Translations under genes and position numbers: made by a program
Shown here: one piece after another, positions 52,701 through 60,503 of the stretch
Layout: each line of letters opens with the position of its first letter
Position numbering within the stretch: position 1 is the first letter of the stretch
Notes under the pieces: generated by a model
What the model saw: the letters and a program-made list of their open reading frames with translations, nothing else
Told to the model about the DNA's origin: nothing
Databases searched by the model: none
IMG/VR virus record: IMGVR_UViG_3300012973_000013
Coordinates: 3,295-67,294 of that record
Reading direction: 5' to 3' (one strand)
DNA from: a virus
Taxonomy: Duplodnaviria > Caudoviricetes
DNA: 64,000 nucleotides

Positions 52701-53202
52701 AATGGAACGTCTCGCCGATCTGGCCAGCGCGGACGCGCGCGATATCCTCCATTCGCTTCAGTTCAGTGTCGAAGACTGCGGCAGAGTCCCGCGCCGCGGA
52801 CCGCACAGAGTCCGTGACCCCGAGGAGCCTGTTGATCCCACTCTGATCAACGCTCGACGAAGGCGACCCGGCTGATGTCAGGCGCTGCCGGTTCAGTTCG
52901 ATCAGGCGCTGCATATTCGGCAGGCCCTGGGCGATGCCGGCATCGAGAGCGCGCTGCGTCCGCGTATACTGCTCCATCGCCCGCACAGAAGCATCGAGAG
53001 AGCGCCGGTTGCGTTCGACAGCATCCGCGACGGACAGGATTTTGCGGGTCTGGCTGTCCGTCACGGTCGCCATCTGACCGCCGGTCGTGGCGACCGCCTG
53101 CTGCGCCTGGGCGACGCCCTGAAGGTCTGCCTTGACCCTCTCCAGCCCGTCGGAGACGCCGCGCACGGTAACGGTGCGGATGGTGTTGAGCGATGTCGCC
53201 AT
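49768..53202 (-). CDS. Tail tape measure protein
   Basis: 1144 aa, Ala-rich; NLSRQIGDVGTMLAMGQSPFMVLVSQGEQI; C-terminal MHTGG...GLAGDEVPAILRRGEGV. Confidence 0.93.
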   Translation of the reverse strand: MATSLNTIRTVTVRGVSDGLERVKADLQGVAQAQQAVATTGGQMATVTDSQTRKILSVADAVERNRRSLDASVRAMEQYTRTQRALDAGIAQGLPNMQRLIELNRQRLTSAGSPSSSVDQSGINRLLGVTDSVRSAARDSAAVFDTELKRMEDIARVRAGQIGETFHSELNRRMGIGGAAATSRGATYSALEAEVARQDEIAKARAAQHAATSQQAMADRFGYGRGAGTASASAAVFEEGRRESERLAAAAARLRGELDPTGAAFDRMTREIAEYQRMASAGVITTQELAAATTRARAAVDQGKIASGFAAMGSMGRTAMVEGDASRRIASMNSALSATGPAAMQAADGIKLSTHEAANLSRQIGDVGTMLAMGQSPFMVLVSQGEQITAIMGNRGVKGAISALGQAMTALLNPTMLWMAGLTAAAYAATALYETFASRAPTLDESLEKHAALIRDLKEAFGEAAEGMREYADASRTALLVQARGGAAEAAVLMRSGAGDFLGAVGGNLLSREAGAPLDRVAMRYRVDAEFAAFEAPILRLRQTMQAGRPEFAAAIESVNAIARADLSGALDKAAIEITALLRPLANVEAQFKSLGEQADRLSVGTPLLDGYRQYADTRGRSDAAIRRAEIEASVRLPKPSPLRSLAEDPFPMETDFNAQMDEFRRQTEVLQEQAALWGESAYAIEHYRAELELLTIARQNDGVVTEQEMARIREEADLRAEAAAKIAQAEYDRREALDQTNEASRTGRSMLQGMITDLRNGADAATIFANALNRLADRMLDMALDALFQPANPNAPGGIASSPGGPIWQWISGMVGGPSAANSNAPGARVPNVVSMGAGIAQAGAAGAIGREGYEPSYQYAPPSYDGTYGPPLPPADPSRFAGAFGQFTQYRGNDPTADPAWVPYSWGARAGPAPADPSRFGAAFGQFGPPAPPVYSGAPLFGGPGDMGAAAAQAAQAAQTATQSFQGLGATLASTTPQVGGLGQAIASIVGGTPSGGGLGGFFTSLFGGSTAPLNLVPTMHTGGIVGASAAMRAVNDNVFAGARRMHTGGLAGDEVPAILRRGEGVFTREQMAAMAPSGASRSSETQVNIYNSSGEKVATEERQTDIGKIIDVHIGKSLMKGKYDAPMKARFGASVQNTRRA

Positions 53203-53552
53203 CAGCCCTTCCTCCCCGCCTCGTCTGCCTTGCGGCGCTGTTCCATGATCTCGGCTCGCACGGCCTCCATCGCGCGGATCAGCGCGAGGAACCGGTCGAA
53301 GTCGTCGAGATCGGTGATGTCGTAGCGGACGGCGTAGGCATGGATCGCTGTGAACGGGATCGGCCCCGCGCCGCTGAACCCTATCGACCGGTCGGTGCCG
53401 AGTTCCCAGAACGCCCGCCAGACAGACGTCAGGTGGCCGTGCAGATCAGGCCGCGCGTTCAGTGCAGGGATGTCCTGGCCTTCCTCGGCCAGCCCCTCCA
53501 GAAACTCAGCCCGCTCGCCCCAGCCGAGTTCCCAGCGGAGCGAGGCGGTTAG
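53202..53552 (-). CDS. Tail assembly chaperone GT (frameshift extension)
   Basis: The -1 frame after slippery G GGA AAC (53558-53552) is open to TGA 53202: ...WRAFWELGTDRSIGFSGAGPIPFTAIHAYA... Confidence 0.8.
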   Translation of the reverse strand, partial: LTASLRWELGWGERAEFLEGLAEEGQDIPALNARPDLHGHLTSVWRAFWELGTDRSIGFSGAGPIPFTAIHAYAVRYDITDLDDFDRFLALIRAMEAVRAEIMEQRRKADEAGRKG

Positions 53553-53950
53553 TTTCCCAGGTCGTCCGCGAGGTTGCCCGCGTCGCGATCGGCAACCGTC
53601 GTGGCCGCCCAGATCACTCCCTGCCGGAACGCGACGAGCTCCGGGTCGGAGAGGATCGACGTGGCTGCCTCGGCCGAGAATGCGACCGGCTCACCGGCAT
53701 CGTCGGAGACGTTCCGCCAGTCCAGCAGCACGGTTTCGACGAGCAGCCGAACGTCGATGCTGTCCATCTCGGCGACGTCCTTGCGCTTGTGACGCGGCAA
53801 GGCCGTGACGAGTTCCGTCTGACGCTTCCGATGATCGGCGTTGCCGAGCCCGCGCACCTTCAGCTCGATATCGCCGAGGCCGGGGATATCGGCGACCCAG
53901 TCTCCCTTTTCGAGCTTCGCGGCGTCGATCTTCAGCGAGGACAGCTTCAC
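53549..53950 (-). CDS. Tail assembly chaperone G
   Basis: G.W...PG.G...LKVRG.GN..H...LLDWRNV...; ends at the slippery site. Confidence 0.82.
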   Translation of the reverse strand: MKLSSLKIDAAKLEKGDWVADIPGLGDIELKVRGLGNADHRKRQTELVTALPRHKRKDVAEMDSIDVRLLVETVLLDWRNVSDDAGEPVAFSAEAATSILSDPELVAFRQGVIWAATTVADRDAGNLADDLGN

Positions 53951-54150
53951 GGGGTAATGTCCTTCTTCGCGCCCGCCGATACGGCAGGCTTGGGGGATGC
54001 GTCGACCGCGTGGCCCTTCGCGACGTAGAGCGCGGCCTCTGCTTCGGGGAGATTGACCGTCTGGCCTGCGGTGAAAGGCTGCCGGCCGTCCGGGCCGCCG
54101 GTGAACGTCTCGACGATGCGGACCGAGCGCATGGCGCCCGCCTTGCTCAT
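53947..54150 (-). CDS. Small virion-associated protein
   Basis: F.AGQTVNLPEAEAALYVAKGHA. Confidence 0.5.
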   Translation of the reverse strand: MSKAGAMRSVRIVETFTGGPDGRQPFTAGQTVNLPEAEAALYVAKGHAVDASPKPAVSAGAKKDITP

Positions 54151-55079
54151 CACGACACCGCGCGGGTGATCACGATCGAGGCCGAGTCATCGCCGCTGTA
54201 CAGCGCCCGGAACGGGATATTGACCATGACGTCGGAGCCCAGGCCGCCGATGACGCGACGGCCGGAGCCGAACTTCGCGACCGGGATCTCGATGGTGTAC
54301 TTCTCACTCGTCACCGTGCCGATCGTGACTTCGATCGCGGCGCTCTCGTGCGCCAGTACAGCCGCCATCAGGGCGTTGTTCTCGAAGTAGCACTCCAGAT
54401 TGCCGGTGATGTCGCAGCGGCCGAGGCCGGGCTCGGTCGTGTAGAGAGAGTCCACGACCGGGCGCCGGCGGACATTGCGATTGATCTGGAACTGCAGCCG
54501 GCTCACCTTCGGTGCCGGGTCAATCGAGCCCACCGTCAGCGAACCGACGGACGCTGCCGCGGTCATGATCGCCTTGACGTTCGGGGCCGTGTAGGTCGCG
54601 CTGGTAACGATCGACGTCGCCTGCGTCTCCTTCTGGCCGATCAGCCCGAACGAGCCGGTGATAGCCTGCCGGGCCGCGATATCGAGCGAGAAGCTGTCGA
54701 CCATGCAGCCGGTGAACCGGGAGAAGGCATCCGTCGTGCCGAGTTCGACGGTTTCCTCATAGGTGAAGGACCGGATCGTCATCCCGTTCTTCAGGACGTT
54801 CGTGCTCCACGTCCCGCCGAGGGCCGCTTCGAGTTCCACGTCAAACGAGCCATAGCTGAACTCGAAGTTGTACGGACCCTCGACGTCCTGCCCGAGCTGG
54901 AATTCGTCCGGGACGTTGCCGTCGGCTCGCAGTTCCTGCGAGGTCCCGGTCAGCTTGTTCGTGCCGAGCCCGGCGTTCGTCACTCGCGAGACGAGGAAGG
55001 TCGGCGTCGTCGGGGTGGTGCCGTAGGTGGACTCGGCGATACGCGCAATGCGGGTGCCGTCGGCGGTTCCAGTAGCCAT
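54150..55079 (-). CDS. Major tail tube protein
   Basis: ESTYGTTP...SQELRADG...FELGQDVEG...RSFTYE; Thr/Gly-rich; precedes the chaperones. Confidence 0.85.
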   Translation of the reverse strand: MATGTADGTRIARIAESTYGTTPTTPTFLVSRVTNAGLGTNKLTGTSQELRADGNVPDEFQLGQDVEGPYNFEFSYGSFDVELEAALGGTWSTNVLKNGMTIRSFTYEETVELGTTDAFSRFTGCMVDSFSLDIAARQAITGSFGLIGQKETQATSIVTSATYTAPNVKAIMTAAASVGSLTVGSIDPAPKVSRLQFQINRNVRRRPVVDSLYTTEPGLGRCDITGNLECYFENNALMAAVLAHESAAIEVTIGTVTSEKYTIEIPVAKFGSGRRVIGGLGSDVMVNIPFRALYSGDDSASIVITRAVS

Positions 55080-55126
55080 GAAAGGGCTCCATCAGGTGGG
55101 ACGGGCGCGTCTCACGACGGGCCAGG
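55071..55126 (-). promoter_or_regulatory. Conserved leader (hairpin + RBS), copy upstream of the major tail gene
   Basis: 23 nt identical to 59785-59807, plus a covarying hairpin. Confidence 0.7.
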
Positions 55127-55174
55127 TCGCCTTGCCGAAGGGCGAGGTTCAGTGGGCTGACGACGGCGTAGAGG

Positions 55175-55585
55175 TCAGCCGAAGTAGTCGAACCAGTACG
55201 GGACAGAAATTGAGACGCTTTCGTAAGCGCCTTGATGATTGCGCTCGTTGATGACGGGCGAAGTCGGCGCCCAAATTGTCACGCCGCCGAAGGTCTTTCC
55301 GCGAAAGATCGCGGCGATATCGTCTGCAAGCTCCAGCGCGGTATCGAGATCAGTTCCACTCTCGCCGCAGACCTGAATGCGGATGGTGCCGATCTCGCGC
55401 CAGACATTCGCGCCCGGCGCGCCGAACGTCTGCTGTTCCGAGTTGGAAACCGGGTACGTCACCCGCAGGTAGGTCGACCCGTCGGCCGGCACCGAGCCGG
55501 TCGGCCACGTCGAGACGATCGGGGGAATGTCGTCCTGTTCCGCGAGCATCGTCTCGACGGCATCGCGGACGGCTTTCATCACCAT
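55175..55585 (-). CDS. Tail terminator (DUF4128-like)
   Basis: YLRVTYP...GTIRIQV...ADDIAAIFRGK...VPY. Confidence 0.7.
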   Translation of the reverse strand: MVMKAVRDAVETMLAEQDDIPPIVSTWPTGSVPADGSTYLRVTYPVSNSEQQTFGAPGANVWREIGTIRIQVCGESGTDLDTALELADDIAAIFRGKTFGGVTIWAPTSPVINERNHQGAYESVSISVPYWFDYFG

Positions 55586-55589
55586 GAGA

Positions 55590-56252
55590 TCACCGATGCC
55601 TCGTGATGATGATCGCCGGCTGGCGGGTCAGGCGGTCAGTCCGCTTGACGCCCTTCTCGCGCGTCTTGGCTTTCGTCCCACCGGCCCACTGGCTGACGCC
55701 ACCGAAGTTCGCCGAGCGGTAGCCAAATCGGACTTTTGCGAACGCACCGAGCCGCTTGGCTGCGATTGCTGCGACGCCCTCGTAGACGCCATCGGGCGCC
55801 TGATCGGACAGGCCACGCTCAATCTTCCGCGCATAGGGCTGCGCGTTGATGAAGACTATCTCGTCGAAGGTCGCCGGGATCGGCGTCTCCGGGTCGATCT
55901 CCACCCCATCGACGAGCAGGAAGTGCGTCCGGGCATAGGCGCCAGTCAGAACCGGCGAGTGCTGCACCAGTTGCTGACCGATCCAGCGGATCGAGTCCTC
56001 CATCAGGTCGAACTCGGCGAGGATGGTGCCGCGGGGCGAGACTGTCTCCAGCGCCGCCCCGAGCCGGCCATCGACGTAGACGCGCTTCACCGGCGTCCGG
56101 CCGAGCGCCCTAGTGTTGATGTCCTCAGCCTCGTTGATGGCGAGGCGGGCTGCATCCGCTATCGCGGCGCTCACCGCCATCGGAGACAGATCCTCGGCGA
56201 GGATCAGTTCGATGTCGCGGTCGATGCTCTCGATCCGGGTCGAGACGGCCAT
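55590..56252 (-). CDS. Neck/tail completion protein (HK97 gp10-like)
   Basis: SPVLTGAY...FINAQPYARKIERGLSDQAPDG. Confidence 0.72.
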   Translation of the reverse strand: MAVSTRIESIDRDIELILAEDLSPMAVSAAIADAARLAINEAEDINTRALGRTPVKRVYVDGRLGAALETVSPRGTILAEFDLMEDSIRWIGQQLVQHSPVLTGAYARTHFLLVDGVEIDPETPIPATFDEIVFINAQPYARKIERGLSDQAPDGVYEGVAAIAAKRLGAFAKVRFGYRSANFGGVSQWAGGTKAKTREKGVKRTDRLTRQPAIIITRHR

Positions 56253-56653
56253 CAACGGCCGCCGGAAACGTGCAGTTCGTAGGCGATCAGAACGCCGCCG
56301 ATCCGCCGCGTGCTGTCGTCCACGAACTCGATCGTGCAGAGCGCGCCGCGCAGGACGACCTTATCGGCGCCCTTCTCCCGCAGGGGGAGGAAGTTGCTCG
56401 GGATGTCCTCGGCGAGCACGATGACCTTGCGGCGGCCCTGCTGTGAACCGTCGTCCATCTCGTCGCTCGAAGCGTCGATGACGCGGGCGCGGACGGTGAC
56501 CTCCGTCGGGATGACCGGCTCCTCGGGATCGGGTTCCGGTTCTTCATCGTCGCCCGGTGGGGGCGCCGCAGGCTGCTTCCGTTTGATCGTGACGAGTTCG
56601 CCCCCCGCCATGACGAGCCGGCGGTAGGTGGCGAGCGCCTTATCCGGGTCCAT
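56252..56653 (-). CDS. Head closure/head-tail joining protein
   Basis: Position after the connector; start trimmed to MDPDKAL. Confidence 0.65.
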   Translation of the reverse strand: MDPDKALATYRRLVMAGGELVTIKRKQPAAPPPGDDEEPEPDPEEPVIPTEVTVRARVIDASSDEMDDGSQQGRRKVIVLAEDIPSNFLPLREKGADKVVLRGALCTIEFVDDSTRRIGGVLIAYELHVSGGR

Positions 56654-57288
56654 CAGGCAAACGCCACGGACCGATATGGCGCCAGCATTTCGGTGACTTC
56701 CGCCGAGAACGGGCCCATGCCGGCCTTGGATAGCCCACCGACCCAGAACTCGTGCTCGGCGACGCCGTCGACCCGCTCCCGCTTCATCAGCGGGTCGCGA
56801 TCCTGCGACGACCACTGCTCACGGATGGCCGTGAGGCAGGCCATCTTCAGATCCTCCGGCACCGTGTTGAAGCCGGCCACAAACACGACGACGACCTTCC
56901 CCGAACCCCAGCGACGGTAGGTGTCGCCGTCGATGCGGTTGAGGAGCCCGTTGAACCCGTCAAGCTCGTAGTCGCCGGTTACCAGCGTCGCGCCAGCCTC
57001 GACGATACTCGTGACCGAAGCAGCAAAGCGCCGGGCGAGAACGAGGGTGCTGCTGCGGCAGTCCGGCCGGAATGTCTGCGTCAGGGTCTCCGCCCGAAGG
57101 CTCGGGACCGTCACGCCGGCAGCGGCCACACCGCACCAGCGCGAGATCATGTCCGACACCCGCAGTGCGAGCGCAGTCACGGCGCTGTCGCTCGTGTTCC
57201 CGGAGATACCGAGCGCGGCTTTCGCCTCGTCCACTGAAACCAGCGCGCGATCAGGCGCCGGCGTCGTGACGGTGAAGCTCGGGGGCAT
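56653..57288 (-). CDS. Head-tail connector (gp6-like)
   Basis: LVSVDEAKAALGI...AGFNTVPEDLK.AC...L.PYR. Confidence 0.8.
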   Translation of the reverse strand: MPPSFTVTTPAPDRALVSVDEAKAALGISGNTSDSAVTALALRVSDMISRWCGVAAAGVTVPSLRAETLTQTFRPDCRSSTLVLARRFAASVTSIVEAGATLVTGDYELDGFNGLLNRIDGDTYRRWGSGKVVVVFVAGFNTVPEDLKMACLTAIREQWSSQDRDPLMKRERVDGVAEHEFWVGGLSKAGMGPFSAEVTEMLAPYRSVAFA

Positions 57289-57294
57289 CGGACG

Positions 57295-57552
57295 TCACCA
57301 GACCGCGATGATGCTGGAAGCCGTGGTCGCGGTCTTCACGTGCGTCACCCGGATCGGGTACCAGCCGACCGGCACGTCGAGGAACGTGACCGTCTGGCCG
57401 CCATTCATGATGACGGTAAGGTCGCCGGTTTCCCCGATCCAGAGCGCGCGAGACGTCACGGCAAGCGGGGTATCATCGCTTTTCGAGACGACCGCAGCGT
57501 TCTCCGCCGGGGAGTTGAGGCCGGTCGTGAACGTCGAGAACGTGTCAGCCAT
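57295..57552 (-). CDS. Head spike base protein (RcGTA Rcc01079-like)
   Basis: D.F......L.SPAENA..V..SD...L...SRALWIG..GDLTV...G..VTF..VP.G..PIRVTHV..T. Confidence 0.75.
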   Translation of the reverse strand: MADTFSTFTTGLNSPAENAAVVSKSDDTPLAVTSRALWIGETGDLTVIMNGGQTVTFLDVPVGWYPIRVTHVKTATTASSIIAVW

Positions 57553-57574
57553 GATCCGACCTCAGTGCTGGCGG

Positions 57575-57808
57575 TTACGCGGTGGCGATGATGCCGACAC
57601 CACGAAGCGCGGCGAGGATGCCGTTGATCGCGGTCGCGATGCCGTCGTCGTCGGTGGCGTAGGTGCCGGACACGACGACGTCCGCGAGCGGCGCCGCCTG
57701 CGTTCCGGACGAGGGTACGAGCACGCCCCCGTCCATCTTCAGCGTGCCACGGACGACCCACTCGGTGGCGCCGGGCGAGTGATAGTTTCGAGCGCTGTAT
57801 TCGCTCAT
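57575..57808 (-). CDS. Head fibre-like protein
   Basis: Y.ARNYH.PG..EWVV.G.L...; C-terminal INGILAALRGVGII. Confidence 0.6.
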   Translation of the reverse strand: MSEYSARNYHSPGATEWVVRGTLKMDGGVLVPSSGTQAAPLADVVVSGTYATDDDGIATAINGILAALRGVGIIATA

Positions 57809-57867
57809 GATGCTGTTCTCCTGCGAACGGGGATGCCGCGGACGGGACTAGCCCGCCCGCACGGTCA

Positions 57868-58302
57868 TCACTGCGGCGGGTTCGCCGTCGGGGCGGAGGC
57901 CGGATTGCCGAGAACGGCGACACCGGCGATGAAGATGTTGCCACTGTCGTTGCCGCTCGGGGTCACCGTCATGCGGACGTAGCGCTTCATCCCGACGTAT
58001 CCGATCTTCCGGCATTCGACGTCGTCAGCCGCGGCGAAGCCGGCCAGGGCCTCGGTGCCGACGAGATAGGCATCGGCCACGGCGACATTGTCGCTCAGAC
58101 CCGAGTTGTCACCGTCCTCGACGAGCACCGCGAACGTCACGTCGGTGTCGGTATTCGTGCCGGTCACGATCACCAATTCGCAGGATTCGTACCCCGCGGT
58201 ATCGATGATGGACGAGACGATGGCGGTGTTGTTGGTGCGCGCCGCGATCGGAGCGATCAGCGGCACGAAGTGCAGGTTGTTGTGAATGTCACGAGACGGC
58301 AT
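57868..58302 (-). CDS. Capsid decoration/cement protein
   Basis: IDTAGYES...GYVGMKRYVR; follows the major capsid gene. Confidence 0.7.
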   Translation of the reverse strand: MPSRDIHNNLHFVPLIAPIAARTNNTAIVSSIIDTAGYESCELVIVTGTNTDTDVTFAVLVEDGDNSGLSDNVAVADAYLVGTEALAGFAAADDVECRKIGYVGMKRYVRMTVTPSGNDSGNIFIAGVAVLGNPASAPTANPPQ

Positions 58303-58336
58303 GGGTGCCACTCCAGATCGGGATGCGGGGGCGGCG

Positions 58337-58543
58337 CTACTTGCGCCGGTGAGGGATGCGCCGGGCCGCCGTTTCGGCTGGCGCGGGCTTGACGGCGATC
58401 TCGGTCGGCACGTCCCGCACCGGCACGCTGACGCGATCGACGCCGTCGCCAATCAGCCGGAGCAGTTCGTCTCGATCGATGACCTCGCCGGCAGACAGCG
58501 CGAAGCCGCTGCCGACGAGGTCGGTCGTGAGCCTGACGTTCAT
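58337..58543 (-). CDS. Small hypothetical virion protein
   Basis: Follows the capsid gene. Confidence 0.5.
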   Translation of the reverse strand: MNVRLTTDLVGSGFALSAGEVIDRDELLRLIGDGVDRVSVPVRDVPTEIAVKPAPAETAARRIPHRRK

Positions 58544-59793
58544 CAGTGCAGGAGCGCCTTCACGGCGCCGGCGTCGAGCAGTTCACCGTCGAGGCGGGTG
58601 AAGCCGATGAAGCCGACCTGGCCGTAGTCCGCGTAGCGCTCGACGAGGCGCTTCACGGCGAACTCGGCGACCATGCGGACCATGTAGCGGTTCATCGCAC
58701 CGAACAGGACGGAGCGATTGGTCGAACCGATGCCGGCCATCGCCTGGTTGATGGCGTAGCCATAGCCCAGGATCGTCGCCGGGGCGCCGCCACGGACGTC
58801 GGCGGGCTGCCAGATGTAGTTGCCCTCGCCGTCCTTCAGCTTGCGCAGCGCCTTCAGCGTGCCGTCGTTGAACATCCAGCGGACGCTCGGGTCGTTCCGA
58901 TAGGCCGGGTCGACCGAGTGCTCGAGGTTGATCATGTCGTCAAACGAGATGGCCGAAGCCGCAGCCGCAGCCGCGGTGCCCGCCGCCGTCACGATGCCGC
59001 GCGGCTTGGAGGCGCCGTCGCCGATCGTGAGGTGCTTGTTGCCGATGCGGCCGATACGCTCCGACATCGCGTCGCGGATGATCGCCTCGACGTCCAGAAT
59101 GGCATCCTGCAGCAGCTCGTCCGAAACGAGAACGACACCGGAGGTGTACTTGTAGGCGTCGAGCGTGCGGGTGCCGAACGCGACTTCCGAGGTGGAAACC
59201 TGCGTGTTCTCGGCGATCAGCGAGCCCTCGTTGGCGGTGTCGTCCATCGCCGGCATGGTGAGAGACGAGCCGGTCGCGGTCTGGATCATCCGCGTCACGC
59301 CCGGGTCCATCATCGGCCCCCAGGCCTTCAGCGACTTCACCAGCTCGGAGAGGAACGTGCCGTAGGTGAGGTAGCCGCCGGCGACGTTGTTGTTCGTCGC
59401 CTGCGCACGGTTCTCGGTGTCGCGATAGGCGCGGAGAGCCGAACGCTGCTCGGTGGTGAGACCGCCCTGGCCGAAACGCAGGTAGGCGCGGAAGGCATCG
59501 GCCTCACGCTGCTCGTCGGTGCGCTTGTCGTCCTTGCCGGACTCGGCGCGGCGATCCTCGCCCATCGGGCGGCGCTCGTCGGCGGCGTTCAGGTCGGCCT
59601 CACGCTTGGCGTGGGCTTCCTCGCGGGCGGCGCGGGCCTCGAACTTGTCGTAGTCGGCCATCGCGGCGTCGTATTCCGCCTCGATCTCCTTGGCGCGAGC
59701 CTCGGTCGTCTCGTCGGTGATCTCGTCGAGCTTGGAACGAGCCTCGGCGAGGATCTTCGCCTGCTTCTCGCGCAGTTCGGTCAGAGTAGCCAT
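58543..59793 (-). CDS. HK97-fold major capsid protein
   Basis: Coiled-coil delta domain; GGYL...; SDELLQDA; WMFND.T...LRKLKDGEG.YIWQP; F..FTRLDG. Confidence 0.95.
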   Translation of the reverse strand: MATLTELREKQAKILAEARSKLDEITDETTEARAKEIEAEYDAAMADYDKFEARAAREEAHAKREADLNAADERRPMGEDRRAESGKDDKRTDEQREADAFRAYLRFGQGGLTTEQRSALRAYRDTENRAQATNNNVAGGYLTYGTFLSELVKSLKAWGPMMDPGVTRMIQTATGSSLTMPAMDDTANEGSLIAENTQVSTSEVAFGTRTLDAYKYTSGVVLVSDELLQDAILDVEAIIRDAMSERIGRIGNKHLTIGDGASKPRGIVTAAGTAAAAAASAISFDDMINLEHSVDPAYRNDPSVRWMFNDGTLKALRKLKDGEGNYIWQPADVRGGAPATILGYGYAINQAMAGIGSTNRSVLFGAMNRYMVRMVAEFAVKRLVERYADYGQVGFIGFTRLDGELLDAGAVKALLH

Positions 59794-59840
59794 GAAAGGG
59801 CTCCATCTTTGGGACAGGCGCGCCGTCACGGCGGGCCGGG
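59785..59840 (-). promoter_or_regulatory. Conserved leader (hairpin + RBS), copy upstream of the major capsid gene
   Basis: Matches 55071-55126. Confidence 0.7.
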
Positions 59841-59888
59841 GGCCTTGCCCAAGGGCGAGGAAGGGCAAAGCGGGTACGGGGGAGCCCG

Positions 59889-60503
59889 TTACCTCGCCAG
59901 AGTGCGCTCGCGCAGCGCGTGCCGCATGCGGAGCTTTGCGCCGATGACCGGCGCGTGGTTCATCGCCGGGGTGTCATCGCCGCGATCGGCTTCACGCGCG
60001 GCACGATGCTCGTTCAGGGAACGAACGCCGATTTCAGTGTCCTCGTAGGCCGGGAAAGCCACAGCCGAGACCTCGTCGAACTCCAGCTCGTGGATGGTCC
60101 GCAGCGGCGGGTCGACCGTGTCATCCCAGGTCTGCTTCATCACCGTGAACCGGAATGACATTCCGCTGATGTCGCCCCGCTCGACGAGCGTCCAGAGGTC
60201 ACGGCCATCCGTCGTATCCGGGACGTCGATCTCGACCTTCAGGCCGCGGTCATCTTCCGCCAGGCGGAGCGTGCCTGCCTTGGTGCGGCCGATCACGCGA
60301 CCGGTGTCATGGTCGATCAGCGCGCGGACATCGCCACTGGCGATCGACTTCGAGAACGCACCGCGCTCGATCACCTCGTTGAAGTAGCCGCCGATATCGG
60401 CCACCGAACCGAACACGGCCGCGTAGCCGACCAGCGTCCGCTTGTCGGTCTCCGCCCTCGCCTCGACGCCAAGCGCGGCGCCGCGCTTCTCATGCTTCGC
60501 CAT
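59889..60503 (-). CDS. HK97-family prohead protease
   Basis: LVGYAAVF...EVIERGAF...LIDHD...GRT...GMSFRF...EVSAVAFPAYEDT. Confidence 0.93.
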   Translation of the reverse strand: MAKHEKRGAALGVEARAETDKRTLVGYAAVFGSVADIGGYFNEVIERGAFSKSIASGDVRALIDHDTGRVIGRTKAGTLRLAEDDRGLKVEIDVPDTTDGRDLWTLVERGDISGMSFRFTVMKQTWDDTVDPPLRTIHELEFDEVSAVAFPAYEDTEIGVRSLNEHRAAREADRGDDTPAMNHAPVIGAKLRMRHALRERTLAR

